Virus record (IMG/VR): IMGVR_UViG_3300037088_000797
Location: 1 to 64,000 of that record
Length of the DNA stretch: 64,000 nucleotides
Direction: 5' to 3' (one strand)
Source of the DNA: a virus
Taxonomy: Duplodnaviria > Heunggongvirae > Uroviricota > Caudoviricetes
Shown one piece after another: positions 37,250-46,443 of this stretch (its first letter is position 1; each line of letters starts with the position of its first letter). The translations under genes and the position numbers were made by a program. Below the pieces are notes generated by a model, which had not been told where the DNA came from, did no database searches, and saw only the letters and a program-made list of their open reading frames with translations.

Positions 37250-37840
37250 TTAAAAAGTTTTATGTGTAAAAAAAATTTTTATATTCTCTACTATTGTGGG
37301 TGTTAAGCCACAGTACTTGTCACATTGAAAGAAATTGAATTGTTGTTTTAATAACATATCCGAATCATCGTCTATTATTGCATATTGATGAAAATCAAAA
37401 TAATGCACACCAAACCACTTCATACAATTATCTTTAAGCCATTTACTTATTTCAGTACCTCTTTCATATCCTGTATATGGTGTTTTATCGATAATTGTAA
37501 AGGTTGCACCGCAATAATTAAATATCTTTTGCAAGTCTTCTACCGACCAACTACTTCTCAATGAAGCACTAATAACGATTGCTGAATTGGTTTCCTTGCA
37601 AAGCCAATTCAATAAACCGATACGCATTTCGCAGGTTTCGCTTTTATAATACTCCAGATCGGTGAGTTGCTTTTGTTTGAGTTGCTTACGAAGATACTTT
37701 TTAACTATCTTATATAAAGGTATACCATCATAACGTTCAAGTACTGCAAACTTCTCGGTATAGAAAAGCTGGCAATTCAGAACGCCATCATGATCAAGAA
37801 AAATAACATGATCGAATTTATTTACTTCTGGTTCAACCAT
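37250..37840 (-). CDS. HAD-like hydrolase (putative phosphatase)
   Basis: HVIFLDHDGVLNC resembles HAD motif I (hhhhDxDx[TV]); similar to gene 40241-40726. Confidence 0.4.
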   Translation of the reverse strand: MVEPEVNKFDHVIFLDHDGVLNCQLFYTEKFAVLERYDGIPLYKIVKKYLRKQLKQKQLTDLEYYKSETCEMRIGLLNWLCKETNSAIVISASLRSSWSVEDLQKIFNYCGATFTIIDKTPYTGYERGTEISKWLKDNCMKWFGVHYFDFHQYAIIDDDSDMLLKQQFNFFQCDKYCGLTPTIVENIKIFFTHKTF

Positions 37841-38079
37841 TCTTTTGCTAATCTGTTATCACGTTCTTCAAATGTTTCGACAGTTACTTCACCACCTGTA
37901 TGACTTTGAATGAGTATATCTAAATCATTTCTAAAAGATTCAAGTTCATCGGTATTATTAAAATAAAATGTACCTTCAAGATTGTAGGTCACTGGACTTT
38001 CGCCCTCTACAATTATGTGAAAACCATTAATTTTCATGATTTTTAAAAGATTGGTTAATAATTTTTTTGTAATTTTCAT
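37822..38079 (-). CDS. hypothetical protein
   Basis: 85 aa; promoter-like motif 38085-38115 immediately upstream. Confidence 0.4.
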   Translation of the reverse strand: MKITKKLLTNLLKIMKINGFHIIVEGESPVTYNLEGTFYFNNTDELESFRNDLDILIQSHTGGEVTVETFEERDNRLAKEWLNQK

Positions 38080-38084
38080 GTCCT

Positions 38085-38115
38085 TTATACGTATGAGTTT
38101 TAAAAAAGGTTACAA
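38085..38115 (-). promoter_or_regulatory. recurrent promoter-like motif
   Basis: ttatacg 38085-38091, ggttacaa 38108-38115; 6 nt from ATG of gene 37822-38079. Confidence 0.5.
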
Positions 38116-38162
38116 ATATTCTTGCAAATATAACTATTTTATTTTAATTACAACTTTTTTTT

Positions 38163-38200
38163 AAAAAAATTTGTTGTTTTAATAAATTGTATTACTTTTG
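38163..38200 (+). promoter_or_regulatory. Bacteroidota-type promoter candidate (-33 TTTG / -7 TAnnTTTG)
   Basis: tttg (about 38170) then about 19-nt spacer then tacttttg at 38193-38200, 18 nt upstream of ATG 38219. Confidence 0.4.
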
Positions 38201-38218
38201 TTGTTTAAAACAAACGCA

Positions 38219-38434
38219 ATGGAAGAAATCAGAAATCATATTGAAGAGAATTTGGTTCATGCCCAAAGAGAATACGATGACATGTTCTATCATTGGGATA
38301 AAGCACAGCAAGCATTTAAAAGTATTGAAGCAGAACTTAAATCATTAACGGTGTCTTTAGAAAAAGCACGTATAAATATGGAATATTATCAAAAATTGTT
38401 AAAAGAATTAAACGAACACGAAAAAATCCAATGA
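38219..38434 (+). CDS. hypothetical coiled-coil protein
   Basis: Track ORF 38198-38434 begins at TTG; first ATG at 38219 (MEEIRNH...). Confidence 0.4.
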   Translation: MEEIRNHIEENLVHAQREYDDMFYHWDKAQQAFKSIEAELKSLTVSLEKARINMEYYQKLLKELNEHEKIQ

Positions 38435-39006
38435 GAGGCGATTTTACAAAAATTAGAGAGTATGCTGAAAAGTGTCACGATGACGCTAACTGCAAATACG
38501 CTGGTGGAAGCTATATGATTCACGTTGATAAAGTCGTATATGTTATTGAAACATATCAGGATATATTTCTTCGTCCAATTGATGCAGAAATTACCAAAGC
38601 TGCTGCATATGGTCATGATCTAATTGAAGATGCAAAACAAACAGTTAGTGAGATAAAAGAAATAATGGGTATTGATGCAGCCAGAGTTGTTCTTAGAGTA
38701 ACCGATGTACCTGCAGAAAATCGGCTAATGAAGCATTTGCTTACAATGGGTAAAACTGTTGAAGACTATCGTGCTATCATTCTTAAAATGGCTGATATTT
38801 GGTCAAATGCAACTTTCAGCAAAATTTCTCGTAGCTCAATGTATGATAAATATGTTGAAGAATATAAGTATCGTAAACCAATATTTCAATTGGGATTAAA
38901 ATGGTATATTGAGTTTCTTGATCAGGAAATACTTAAACAATTATGGGCAGAACTTGATTATGCTCATGGTGTAAAAGGAACTTATTTGAATTTAAAATTA
39001 GAATAA
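38431..39006 (+). CDS. SpoT/RelA-type HD domain protein (small alarmone hydrolase candidate)
   Basis: AAAYGHDLIEDAKQT matches RelA/SpoT hydrolase AALLHDVIEDT block; LRVTDV and RAIILKMADIWSNA resemble downstream KLADRLHN region. Confidence 0.65.
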   Translation: MRGDFTKIREYAEKCHDDANCKYAGGSYMIHVDKVVYVIETYQDIFLRPIDAEITKAAAYGHDLIEDAKQTVSEIKEIMGIDAARVVLRVTDVPAENRLMKHLLTMGKTVEDYRAIILKMADIWSNATFSKISRSSMYDKYVEEYKYRKPIFQLGLKWYIEFLDQEILKQLWAELDYAHGVKGTYLNLKLE

Positions 39007-39272
39007 TGAAAAAAGTTTACAAAGAAAACGCAGAGGCATTAACCTTATGTGACGAAGTGCAACGTTTAACCCGTAGAAGGGATAAACTCAGTGCTGAAAT
39101 TCACAACAAAAGAGAAAAAATGAAATTAGTCTGTACGCATGCTGAAACAAAAGTTGAAAACACTTATGTTGAAGGTGGTTATTTGGATAAAAGCCAATAC
39201 ATAAAAACTACAATTTGTGTTGTGTGTGGAAAAGAACTCGATAAAAAAATAACTTACGGTGGATTTAATTAA
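39006..39272 (+). CDS. small zinc-ribbon protein
   Basis: CDE...CTHAE...CVVCGKE. Confidence 0.4.
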   Translation: MKKVYKENAEALTLCDEVQRLTRRRDKLSAEIHNKREKMKLVCTHAETKVENTYVEGGYLDKSQYIKTTICVVCGKELDKKITYGGFN

Positions 39273-39290
39273 AAACTAAATTTAAATAAA

Positions 39291-39842
39291 ATGAGTGTAA
39301 ATAAATTAAGTCATCTTATGATTGACCTTGAAACAATGGGTAAAGGAAGCAATTCTGCAATTGTATCAATTGGTGCGGTTGAATTTGAATTACAGTCAGG
39401 CGAAACTGGCGAAGAATTCTATACAAGAGTGGATTTACAATCTTGTCTTGACCTTGGACTTAAAGTTAATGCCAGTACAATTTTCTGGTGGTTAATGCAA
39501 AGTGAAAAAGCACGAAAAGAAATTTGTAAAGAAGGTAAACCTTTAAGAGAAGCATTGTTTGATTTAAGTGTTTTTATTAAATTACTTAAAACAGATGTCC
39601 AGACTTGGGGAAATGGTGCAAGATTTGATCTTGGCATTCTTGAAGACGCTTACGATGCTTGTGGTAGTCATATTACTCCTTGGGGTTTCAGGTTTGAAAG
39701 AGACGTAAGAACGCTTGTTTCTTTTGCTCCTGCGATTAAAGATCATTATCCCTTTACAGGGGTAGAACATAATCCAATTGATGATTGCAAATACCAAATC
39801 GGTTATTGTAGCGCAATTTGGAATAAATTAAACACAAAATAA
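39291..39842 (+). CDS. DEDDh 3'-5' exonuclease (DnaQ-like fold)
   Basis: Exo I MIDLETMG, Exo II WGNGARFDLGIL, Exo III HNPIDDCKYQ. Confidence 0.7.
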   Translation: MSVNKLSHLMIDLETMGKGSNSAIVSIGAVEFELQSGETGEEFYTRVDLQSCLDLGLKVNASTIFWWLMQSEKARKEICKEGKPLREALFDLSVFIKLLKTDVQTWGNGARFDLGILEDAYDACGSHITPWGFRFERDVRTLVSFAPAIKDHYPFTGVEHNPIDDCKYQIGYCSAIWNKLNTK

Positions 39843-39845
39843 ACT

Positions 39846-40193
39846 ATGGAAAATTTAACTTCACACACCTTTAAAGAAAAGGTATATGACTTCAACGGTA
39901 CTAATAGAAAACTTCTTGGCACTAAGCCAATTGTAATTGATTTTTATGCTGATTGGTGCAATCCTTGTAAAATGGTTGCCCCTATTCTCGAAGAAATTAG
40001 CACAGAATATCCTAATGTTGAATTTTATAAAATTGACACAGATGCAGAAAGTGAATTAGCTGCAGTGTTTGGAATCAGAAGCATACCTTCTATATTATTC
40101 ATACCAATTGAAGGCATACCCCAAATGATGATGGGAGCACAGCCAAAATCCAGATTTACAAGTATATTGAAAAATGTTTTTGGAATTGAATAA
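39846..40193 (+). CDS. thioredoxin
   Basis: FYADWCNPCKM active-site (WCxPC) in thioredoxin-like arrangement. Confidence 0.75.
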   Translation: MENLTSHTFKEKVYDFNGTNRKLLGTKPIVIDFYADWCNPCKMVAPILEEISTEYPNVEFYKIDTDAESELAAVFGIRSIPSILFIPIEGIPQMMMGAQPKSRFTSILKNVFGIE

Positions 40194-40197
40194 GATT

Positions 40198-40228
40198 TTG
40201 TAACCTTTTAAATAAGGATTACGTATAA
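40198..40228 (+). promoter_or_regulatory. recurrent promoter-like motif (plus orientation)
   Basis: ttgtaacc 40198-40205, cgtataa 40222-40228 (cgtataata); 13 nt before ATG 40241. Confidence 0.5.
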
Positions 40229-40240
40229 TACGCATTTATA

Positions 40241-40726
40241 ATGAAAAATGAAAAACGATATATTTTTTTAGACCTTGATAGCGTTATGATAACAGAAAGG
40301 GAACATCATTCAGAAAATTTACACCCAAAATACATGGTTGACCCGTTTGACCCTATGTGTGTCGAAGTGTTAAACGAGATTACTGAAATTATGCACCCTC
40401 TTATTATACTCACCAGTGATAGAAGATTACGATTTAAACTCAGTGAAATAAATGAAGTTTTTAAATATAATGGTGTTATTTCACCAGTTAAAGATTATAC
40501 TCCTGATTTTTGGGGTACACAATTTACAAAACTTCAAGATGCTGATATGTGTCGTGGATTCGAAATTCTTAGGTATGTTCACCAATATCAAATTGAAAAT
40601 TATGCCGTAGTTGATGATATGAATCTCATGGGTTGGGTTTCAGATCATTTTGTTTGGTGTACAAATTCAACTGACGGACTTAACCAAACTGGACTTAAAG
40701 AAAAAATATTGAAAATTTTAATGTAA
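40241..40726 (+). CDS. HAD-like hydrolase (putative)
   Basis: YIFLDLDSVMIT N-terminal DxDx[TV]-like motif; promoter-like motif 40198-40228 upstream. Confidence 0.4.
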   Translation: MKNEKRYIFLDLDSVMITEREHHSENLHPKYMVDPFDPMCVEVLNEITEIMHPLIILTSDRRLRFKLSEINEVFKYNGVISPVKDYTPDFWGTQFTKLQDADMCRGFEILRYVHQYQIENYAVVDDMNLMGWVSDHFVWCTNSTDGLNQTGLKEKILKILM

Positions 40727-40730
40727 AACA

Positions 40731-42170
40731 ATGTATAATATTATTTTTATGAAAAACGAAAAATTGGAATTATTACTGAACAAGGTTGTTGAGTACAATA
40801 ACCCTGCAGCTTATGATGGCAAAGGCTGTAACTTTAAAGGTTTCCTTTATAAAAACAGTCAGGGATACTACATTAAGGTAGTTGAACATATTAGCGGTAC
40901 TGATATTGCCGTTAATGACAAAATTTACCTTAAAACTGGTGATGATGCATTCATCATCCACGCTGAAAAACCCAAACTCATGAGGGTTGATAAAAATTCA
41001 TGGCATTATAATTTGGTGAAATATGTGCTCGGTGAAAAAGCACCAACACCACAGAATATGCAAAACGGTTGTCCATATTTCTGGTTACTGATTTTTTCAT
41101 TGTTTGCATGTTCATTTCTTGCAATCTGGCAATTTTTGAAATATGTAGTCTTACTGTTTCCAAAGGCATTTATTTGGTGTCTTGAAAAATCAGTTGACAA
41201 TTGGCTTGCAACTATTGATGACATAACAGCATATGAAATGTCAGAAAATCAATATAGTGGTAAGAAAAATGTACAAAAACTTCCACTTACTGCAAAAGTA
41301 TTTTTTGATGCAACAGATGAAAGTTTTTTCAATTATTTTCTTGTTAAGAAATATGGTGAAAGTGCAAGATTTGATAAAGTAAAAAAAGACGAAATTTACA
41401 ACAATTGGGCAAAGTGGCGTAAAGAAGTAAATGAAGCACGTGCAAAACGTGATTCAGAAAGATATGCAAAAGAAGCAGAAGAAAACAAACGTGAATTGAT
41501 TCGTGCTGAAAAAAGAGCAGCTAAAAAAGCTATCTGGGATGCACGTATGCAACCTTTCTATGATTCAAGTAATAAATTCTTTGCAGCACTTCGTGAAGCG
41601 TTCACATTCAGGGGTGACACTAAATCACTTATCAAGAGAACCAAACAAATCGTAGGTGCTCTCATTACCCTTGTATTGCTTGTAGCAGCATTTTTCTTTG
41701 TAGAATGTTTTGCATGGGCATTAATGATCGCAATAGATGCATGTATTAAGTTCTGGTATGTATTTGTAATTATCATTGGTATATGTGCAGTAGCAGGTCT
41801 TTTATACTTCATAGGTGTATTCATTGGTGGTTGGCTTCAAACTCTTGTCAATAAATATAAGGGTGGTAAAAAAGTATGGTATGTTGAACCATTCATTTAT
41901 CTACTTTGGTATCCTGTAAAATATGTAGGACTTGCCATTGGTTATGCTGTATTTTATGTAATTGGCTATCCTCTTAAATTCGTCTTCTATGACTTTCTCT
42001 GGAAAATAGTTCTTGTAAATGTCGGTACATGGATATGGAATGGTTTGTGCTCAATTGGTCGTGGATTGGCTACAAGTACAGGTGTGTTCGGTGAATACGT
42101 TAGTGCTGACTACACAGGTTTGTGCCCCGGTATCGAATGGACTGGCTTTGACGAAGAAGAAACGAAGTAA
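40731..42170 (+). CDS. large membrane protein
   Basis: 479 aa with multiple TM helices and charged coiled-coil segment. Confidence 0.5.
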   Translation: MYNIIFMKNEKLELLLNKVVEYNNPAAYDGKGCNFKGFLYKNSQGYYIKVVEHISGTDIAVNDKIYLKTGDDAFIIHAEKPKLMRVDKNSWHYNLVKYVLGEKAPTPQNMQNGCPYFWLLIFSLFACSFLAIWQFLKYVVLLFPKAFIWCLEKSVDNWLATIDDITAYEMSENQYSGKKNVQKLPLTAKVFFDATDESFFNYFLVKKYGESARFDKVKKDEIYNNWAKWRKEVNEARAKRDSERYAKEAEENKRELIRAEKRAAKKAIWDARMQPFYDSSNKFFAALREAFTFRGDTKSLIKRTKQIVGALITLVLLVAAFFFVECFAWALMIAIDACIKFWYVFVIIIGICAVAGLLYFIGVFIGGWLQTLVNKYKGGKKVWYVEPFIYLLWYPVKYVGLAIGYAVFYVIGYPLKFVFYDFLWKIVLVNVGTWIWNGLCSIGRGLATSTGVFGEYVSADYTGLCPGIEWTGFDEEETK

Positions 42171-42203
42171 TTTGTATTGTTTAACCTTTAAAAACTCAAA
42201 ATT

Positions 42204-42818
42204 ATGTTAACATTTATTTTATCATTTATTGCAACAGTAATAATTTCACTGTGTTTTTTCAAGAGTAAATTCTGGGAAAATAGATACCTTGTTTTATTAA
42301 TCGGTACAGGTGTGGCACTCATTGCCACCCTTGTACTGAATTATTCTGTTCGTGGTAAACTTGCCACAAAAACTGAGATTGCATGGAAAACGCCAGTTAA
42401 ATTCTTTTATGTCAATGATTCGGTGCTTAATGTATCGGATAGTATTGCAATCTTTAAAAACGGTAAATATGATTTCAATAAGGCATCTGGCAGTGAATTC
42501 ATTAAACGTGACACCACAAAAAGTCAGAGAAAACTCAGCATTGTCTTTTTTGGCAGAAATCCAAAAACTCCATTAGTTGGTTATATCAATTTAAAGGGTA
42601 ACACTAATTATAACGCTTTAGAAGACATTTATATTGCACCAAGCGAATCTGACACAGTAGCTTATATGGCAAGAAAAAAACTTCTTTATGACGTTAAACC
42701 AAGCAATTGGATAACTGGCTTTACTTTTCCAAGAAAAATGGCATACACTTGTATGTACATTTCGCCAAAAGAATATGCTAAATTACCCAAAGTATTAATC
42801 AAAAAACTCCCATTCTAA
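42204..42818 (+). CDS. membrane protein
   Basis: 204 aa, two N-terminal TM helices. Confidence 0.45.
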   Translation: MLTFILSFIATVIISLCFFKSKFWENRYLVLLIGTGVALIATLVLNYSVRGKLATKTEIAWKTPVKFFYVNDSVLNVSDSIAIFKNGKYDFNKASGSEFIKRDTTKSQRKLSIVFFGRNPKTPLVGYINLKGNTNYNALEDIYIAPSESDTVAYMARKKLLYDVKPSNWITGFTFPRKMAYTCMYISPKEYAKLPKVLIKKLPF

Positions 42819-43063
42819 TGAAAACCACATTATTACAAATCTTTTTAAAGAAAGAAAAAATTCACTGGAAACGTATCGGGCAGATGTTCGGTAAATACAG
42901 TAATTGGATTGGTAAACTAACCTTTGGTGTTATTGTCGCAGCTTTATTAATCGTAGTGCATTACGCAATGACATTCATGCACTTGTTTTATGAATTCGGA
43001 CTATTTATTTTCGCTCGTGACATGTTCAGAGCAAACTTACAGAAACTTGCATTAAAAGTATAA
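42818..43063 (+). CDS. small membrane protein
   Basis: 81 aa, TM helices. Confidence 0.4.
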   Translation: MKTTLLQIFLKKEKIHWKRIGQMFGKYSNWIGKLTFGVIVAALLIVVHYAMTFMHLFYEFGLFIFARDMFRANLQKLALKV

Positions 43064-43066
43064 ATT

Positions 43067-43195
43067 ATGACACTAAAAGAATTTCTTGATTATGTAGGAC
43101 AGGATAGTAACCATTTTTGGGGTTTCATACTTGTGTTATTAATCGTTGGCGGTACTCTTAGAGAAACCGCAAAATATATATTCAGAAGAAAATGA
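43067..43195 (+). CDS. small membrane protein (42 aa)
   Basis: ATG 43067, TGA overlaps ATG of next gene; hydrophobic FWGFILVLLIVGG. Confidence 0.3.
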   Translation: MTLKEFLDYVGQDSNHFWGFILVLLIVGGTLRETAKYIFRRK

Positions 43196-43710
43196 GTTTA
43201 TTTGTAACAGACGTAGAGTCAGACGGACAAATTATTGGCAGACACAGTATGGTATGTTTTGGTGTGGTTAAACTCACACCAGAACTTGACACCACTTTTT
43301 ATGGTAAAATTAAACCAATATCTGATATTTATGACCCAGATGCACTTGCTGTAAGTGGGTTCAGTAGGGAAGAACACCTTAAATTTGATCATCCAGAAGA
43401 TGTTATGTTAGCTTTTGCTGTTTGGTTAAAAGAAAATTCAGTCGGCAGACCCATATTAATTTCTGATAATAATGGCTATGATGCCAGTTGGATTAATTAT
43501 TATTTTCGTGTATATCATGGTGAAAATCCTTTTGGTTGGTCTTCAAGACGAATTGGTGACCTGTATTGTGGGATGATGAAAGATACGTGGGCAGGTTGGA
43601 AAAAACTTAGGGTAACACGTCATACTCACAATCCTGTCGATGACGCTATGGGTAATGCAGAAGCACTACTTAAAATGAAAGCTATGGGACTTAAAATTGA
43701 TACTAAATAA
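43192..43710 (+). CDS. DEDDh 3'-5' exonuclease (second copy, distinct sequence)
   Basis: Exo I FVTDVESDG, Exo II ISDNNGYDASWI, Exo III HNPVDDAMGNAEAL. Confidence 0.7.
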   Translation: MSLFVTDVESDGQIIGRHSMVCFGVVKLTPELDTTFYGKIKPISDIYDPDALAVSGFSREEHLKFDHPEDVMLAFAVWLKENSVGRPILISDNNGYDASWINYYFRVYHGENPFGWSSRRIGDLYCGMMKDTWAGWKKLRVTRHTHNPVDDAMGNAEALLKMKAMGLKIDTK

Positions 43711-43712
43711 TT

Positions 43713-43934
43713 ATGGCAAGATACGTAAAAGACACACCCAGACTAACCGTTAAATTTATTAACGCAGATACTGAAGCAACAATACTTGAATTAAAAGACA
43801 GAACATGGATGAATATTGGAGAATTACTTAATGATCATTCAGTTGATGCTGTTGTTAAAAGCGAAATAAAAGATAAAGAACTACCTGAAAACATAATGGT
43901 GCTCGTGGTAGCTGAATACACATTGCAGAAATAA
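43713..43934 (+). CDS. hypothetical protein
   Basis: 73 aa ORF. Confidence 0.4.
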   Translation: MARYVKDTPRLTVKFINADTEATILELKDRTWMNIGELLNDHSVDAVVKSEIKDKELPENIMVLVVAEYTLQK

Positions 43935-43944
43935 GTTTGTTTTT

Positions 43945-43975
43945 TTGTAACCTTTTTAATGTTACTTTCGTATAA
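43945..43975 (+). promoter_or_regulatory. recurrent promoter-like motif (plus orientation)
   Basis: ttgtaacc 43945-43952, cgtataa 43969-43975; upstream of gene 44002. Confidence 0.5.
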
Positions 43976-44001
43976 TAGACAGTAACAATAAATTTACTAT
44001 T

Positions 44002-44700
44002 ATGAAAAAATCAATTTTTATTATCGCAATTTTGCTTGTCGCAAACACAGCATTTGCGCAGTTAAGCGGTCTTCTTGACTACATTCAAAAAAGACCCGCA
44101 TATGAATTTAATGAACTTCCCTTTGCAGGTAAATTCGGTACAGATAAACTTCATAGTTATATTTATACCTTAACTCCAGAGAAGTTTCAGCAAATGATCG
44201 ATGAAACAACTTGGATGAAAGATTATTTAAGTACGAAAACATACTCATTTTTCAAAGAGGGTAAATTCTACATGCTTTCATATGATACTTGCAGTACTTG
44301 TGGTAAAAATCCAAGAGTTGATAAGCCAATTAAAAGAGACTTATATTTATTCTGTTTGGACAATGGTAAATGGACTAAAGTTTCGGATGCATTACAAACC
44401 GATTATTTCAGCATGGATTTAGATGCTTGGAAGCCAAATACAATTGAACATGTGATTTGGTCGTCTTATTGCTATTTTCCTTGGAGAACAGCAGGTGACT
44501 TACCTGCAGATAAGGGACAATTCGGTTATGGTGTGACAGATGGTAGCGTAACTGTATCAGCTAATGGGGACGTTACAATTGTACTTGTAAATTATAAAAC
44601 GTATGATGATGATTACAGCAAATTTGGTATTAAACGATCATTTGAAAATAAAACAGTTGATCTTAAATTTAATGGTGAGTTTTATACACTTAAAAAATAA
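44002..44700 (+). CDS. secreted protein
   Basis: Signal peptide MKKSIFIIAILLVANTAFAQ (Bacteroidota-like). Confidence 0.5.
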   Translation: MKKSIFIIAILLVANTAFAQLSGLLDYIQKRPAYEFNELPFAGKFGTDKLHSYIYTLTPEKFQQMIDETTWMKDYLSTKTYSFFKEGKFYMLSYDTCSTCGKNPRVDKPIKRDLYLFCLDNGKWTKVSDALQTDYFSMDLDAWKPNTIEHVIWSSYCYFPWRTAGDLPADKGQFGYGVTDGSVTVSANGDVTIVLVNYKTYDDDYSKFGIKRSFENKTVDLKFNGEFYTLKK

Positions 44701-45128
44701 TGCAAAAAGTAGCGACATACATACAGACAATAGGATGTGAAATGTTCAAAAAGTTCATTTCACTTCCTTTTTCAATTAACTTACTTTATTCGTTAACCAA
44801 TGAAGAAGGTATTAATGTAATCTTTGACGGTTGGCATGGTAAGGATATGGGTACTTGGTGTAAATTTTATAATGAAGAAAAATTTATTCTTGAATTTTAT
44901 GCAGAATATTATTTCATCAAATATGGAAATAGAGAAAACCAAAAACTGCCACTACCAAAAACCATTAATAATTTTATTAATGATATGGATAGATTTGAAG
45001 TGCCTCTTTACTGGAATCAATGGATGGAAGATAATTTCGAACCAAAAGATTATTTGCACGTTGATGATATTCCAAAGTACTTCACTAACCTTCTGATTAA
45101 AATGAAGAAGGAAGAGGATTTGAACTAA
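44700..45128 (+). CDS. hypothetical protein
   Basis: 142 aa ORF, ATGA coupled. Confidence 0.45.
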   Translation: MQKVATYIQTIGCEMFKKFISLPFSINLLYSLTNEEGINVIFDGWHGKDMGTWCKFYNEEKFILEFYAEYYFIKYGNRENQKLPLPKTINNFINDMDRFEVPLYWNQWMEDNFEPKDYLHVDDIPKYFTNLLIKMKKEEDLN

Positions 45129-45160
45129 ACGCTTGCTTTTTAAAAAAAAATCACTTACAT

Positions 45161-45928
45161 TTGACGTTTCTACCTATGCTTATAGATAAAAAATATTGGG
45201 GTATTTGGGATAACACGACATTTAAAACGGTATGTTATCATAAGAACTTTGACTTGATTAATGATGACGAAAGCCTCATTACCGAGTACAGAGGTACAAT
45301 ATCTCTTATAAGATTGGCAGAATATAAACCACCTGTTCTTATGGGTGAGTTTGAACTTTCTGAATGGAATGTAGGATTAGGTATTAAGTTTGAAGCAGAT
45401 TTGGTTAAACTCATAAAAAAGCATAAAGCAGAAATTATTTACAGTGAATTACTGAGTGTAATAAAAAATAACGAAATTGACATTACCAAGTATAAGAAGA
45501 TCGTGTTTGTCGCAAATCTTATTGTGCGTCCAGACTTTAGAAAATTTGGATTAACTGAAGAGTTCATTGAATTGCTTTTTAGAGAACATTATAATGAAGG
45601 CGATGCAATTATTGCATTAGTAAAACCATTACAGGAGAATCCAATTGATAAAGATCATTACTTTAATCAGGAAATTGTTGAAGTAAAACTTTCGCTTCAA
45701 AATAATAATGAAATTGAATTTATACCTGCAGTTGACTATTACAAGTTGAATGAGTTGCTTGAAAAGAAAGACACTGAAACAAACGAATATAAACTTTTTT
45801 CAGTTGCAGCCAGATGTGGTTTCAATAGAATAGGTGAATCTTATTTATTCAATTTCTCACCTGAAAGAACAATGCAAAGAATGATCGAAAAAAGAGAATA
45901 CGTTAAAAAAGTAAATAATCTTATTTAA
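45161..45928 (+). CDS. hypothetical protein
   Basis: 255 aa; track start is TTG; first ATG at 45176. Confidence 0.45.
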   Translation: MTFLPMLIDKKYWGIWDNTTFKTVCYHKNFDLINDDESLITEYRGTISLIRLAEYKPPVLMGEFELSEWNVGLGIKFEADLVKLIKKHKAEIIYSELLSVIKNNEIDITKYKKIVFVANLIVRPDFRKFGLTEEFIELLFREHYNEGDAIIALVKPLQENPIDKDHYFNQEIVEVKLSLQNNNEIEFIPAVDYYKLNELLEKKDTETNEYKLFSVAARCGFNRIGESYLFNFSPERTMQRMIEKREYVKKVNNLI

Positions 45929-45939
45929 AACCATCAATT

Positions 45940-46188
45940 ATGTCAAAGAAAAAAAAGAAAAAATTCGGAAAACTGGATGAAGGCTACTATACTGAAGCTA
46001 TTGACAGAGCATACATTGTAGCCAATATGATGGAAGATGTTTTAATTGATCATCCTGTTTTTAAAAAGCATAAAGATTTACGCAAAAGGGTTAAAAAGGC
46101 ACAAGAACTTGTTTTGGAAGCATATCAAATCATTGGTGGACTAACAGTCGAACTGTTTCCAGCGAGCAATCTGCCTGAAAATAAGTAA
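45940..46188 (+). CDS. hypothetical protein
   Basis: 82 aa ORF. Confidence 0.4.
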   Translation: MSKKKKKKFGKLDEGYYTEAIDRAYIVANMMEDVLIDHPVFKKHKDLRKRVKKAQELVLEAYQIIGGLTVELFPASNLPENK

Positions 46189-46330
46189 CTTGTAGTTTAT
46201 GAGTTATTGAAGTATTTATACTGAATAAAGAATGAATAATAATATAGAAATATCAACTTGTATTTTACGAAAAATCCCTTCTTGGAAGGTTGATATTGTT
46301 CAAAATTTGGTTGTACTAACTCACATACTA

Positions 46331-46365
46331 CCCAGAAAAACACAAATTTCTGGGCATTTTCATTT
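46331..46365 (+). terminator. putative intrinsic terminator
   Basis: CCCAGAAA-aacacaa-TTTCTGGG stem-loop followed by CATTTTCATTT. Confidence 0.45.
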
Positions 46366-46443
46366 AAAAACCTTAATAATTACAGAAAATCAGGCTTCTA
46401 ACACACTGATTCTCTGATTAATAACTTTACTAAAATTAAATTT

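Noticed and set aside
46232-46417. 61-aa plus-strand ORF in the 250-bp gap before the SLT gene
   Set aside because: Contains a terminator-like stem-loop (46331-46354) and a second inverted repeat; no coding-like composition; more likely regulatory DNA.
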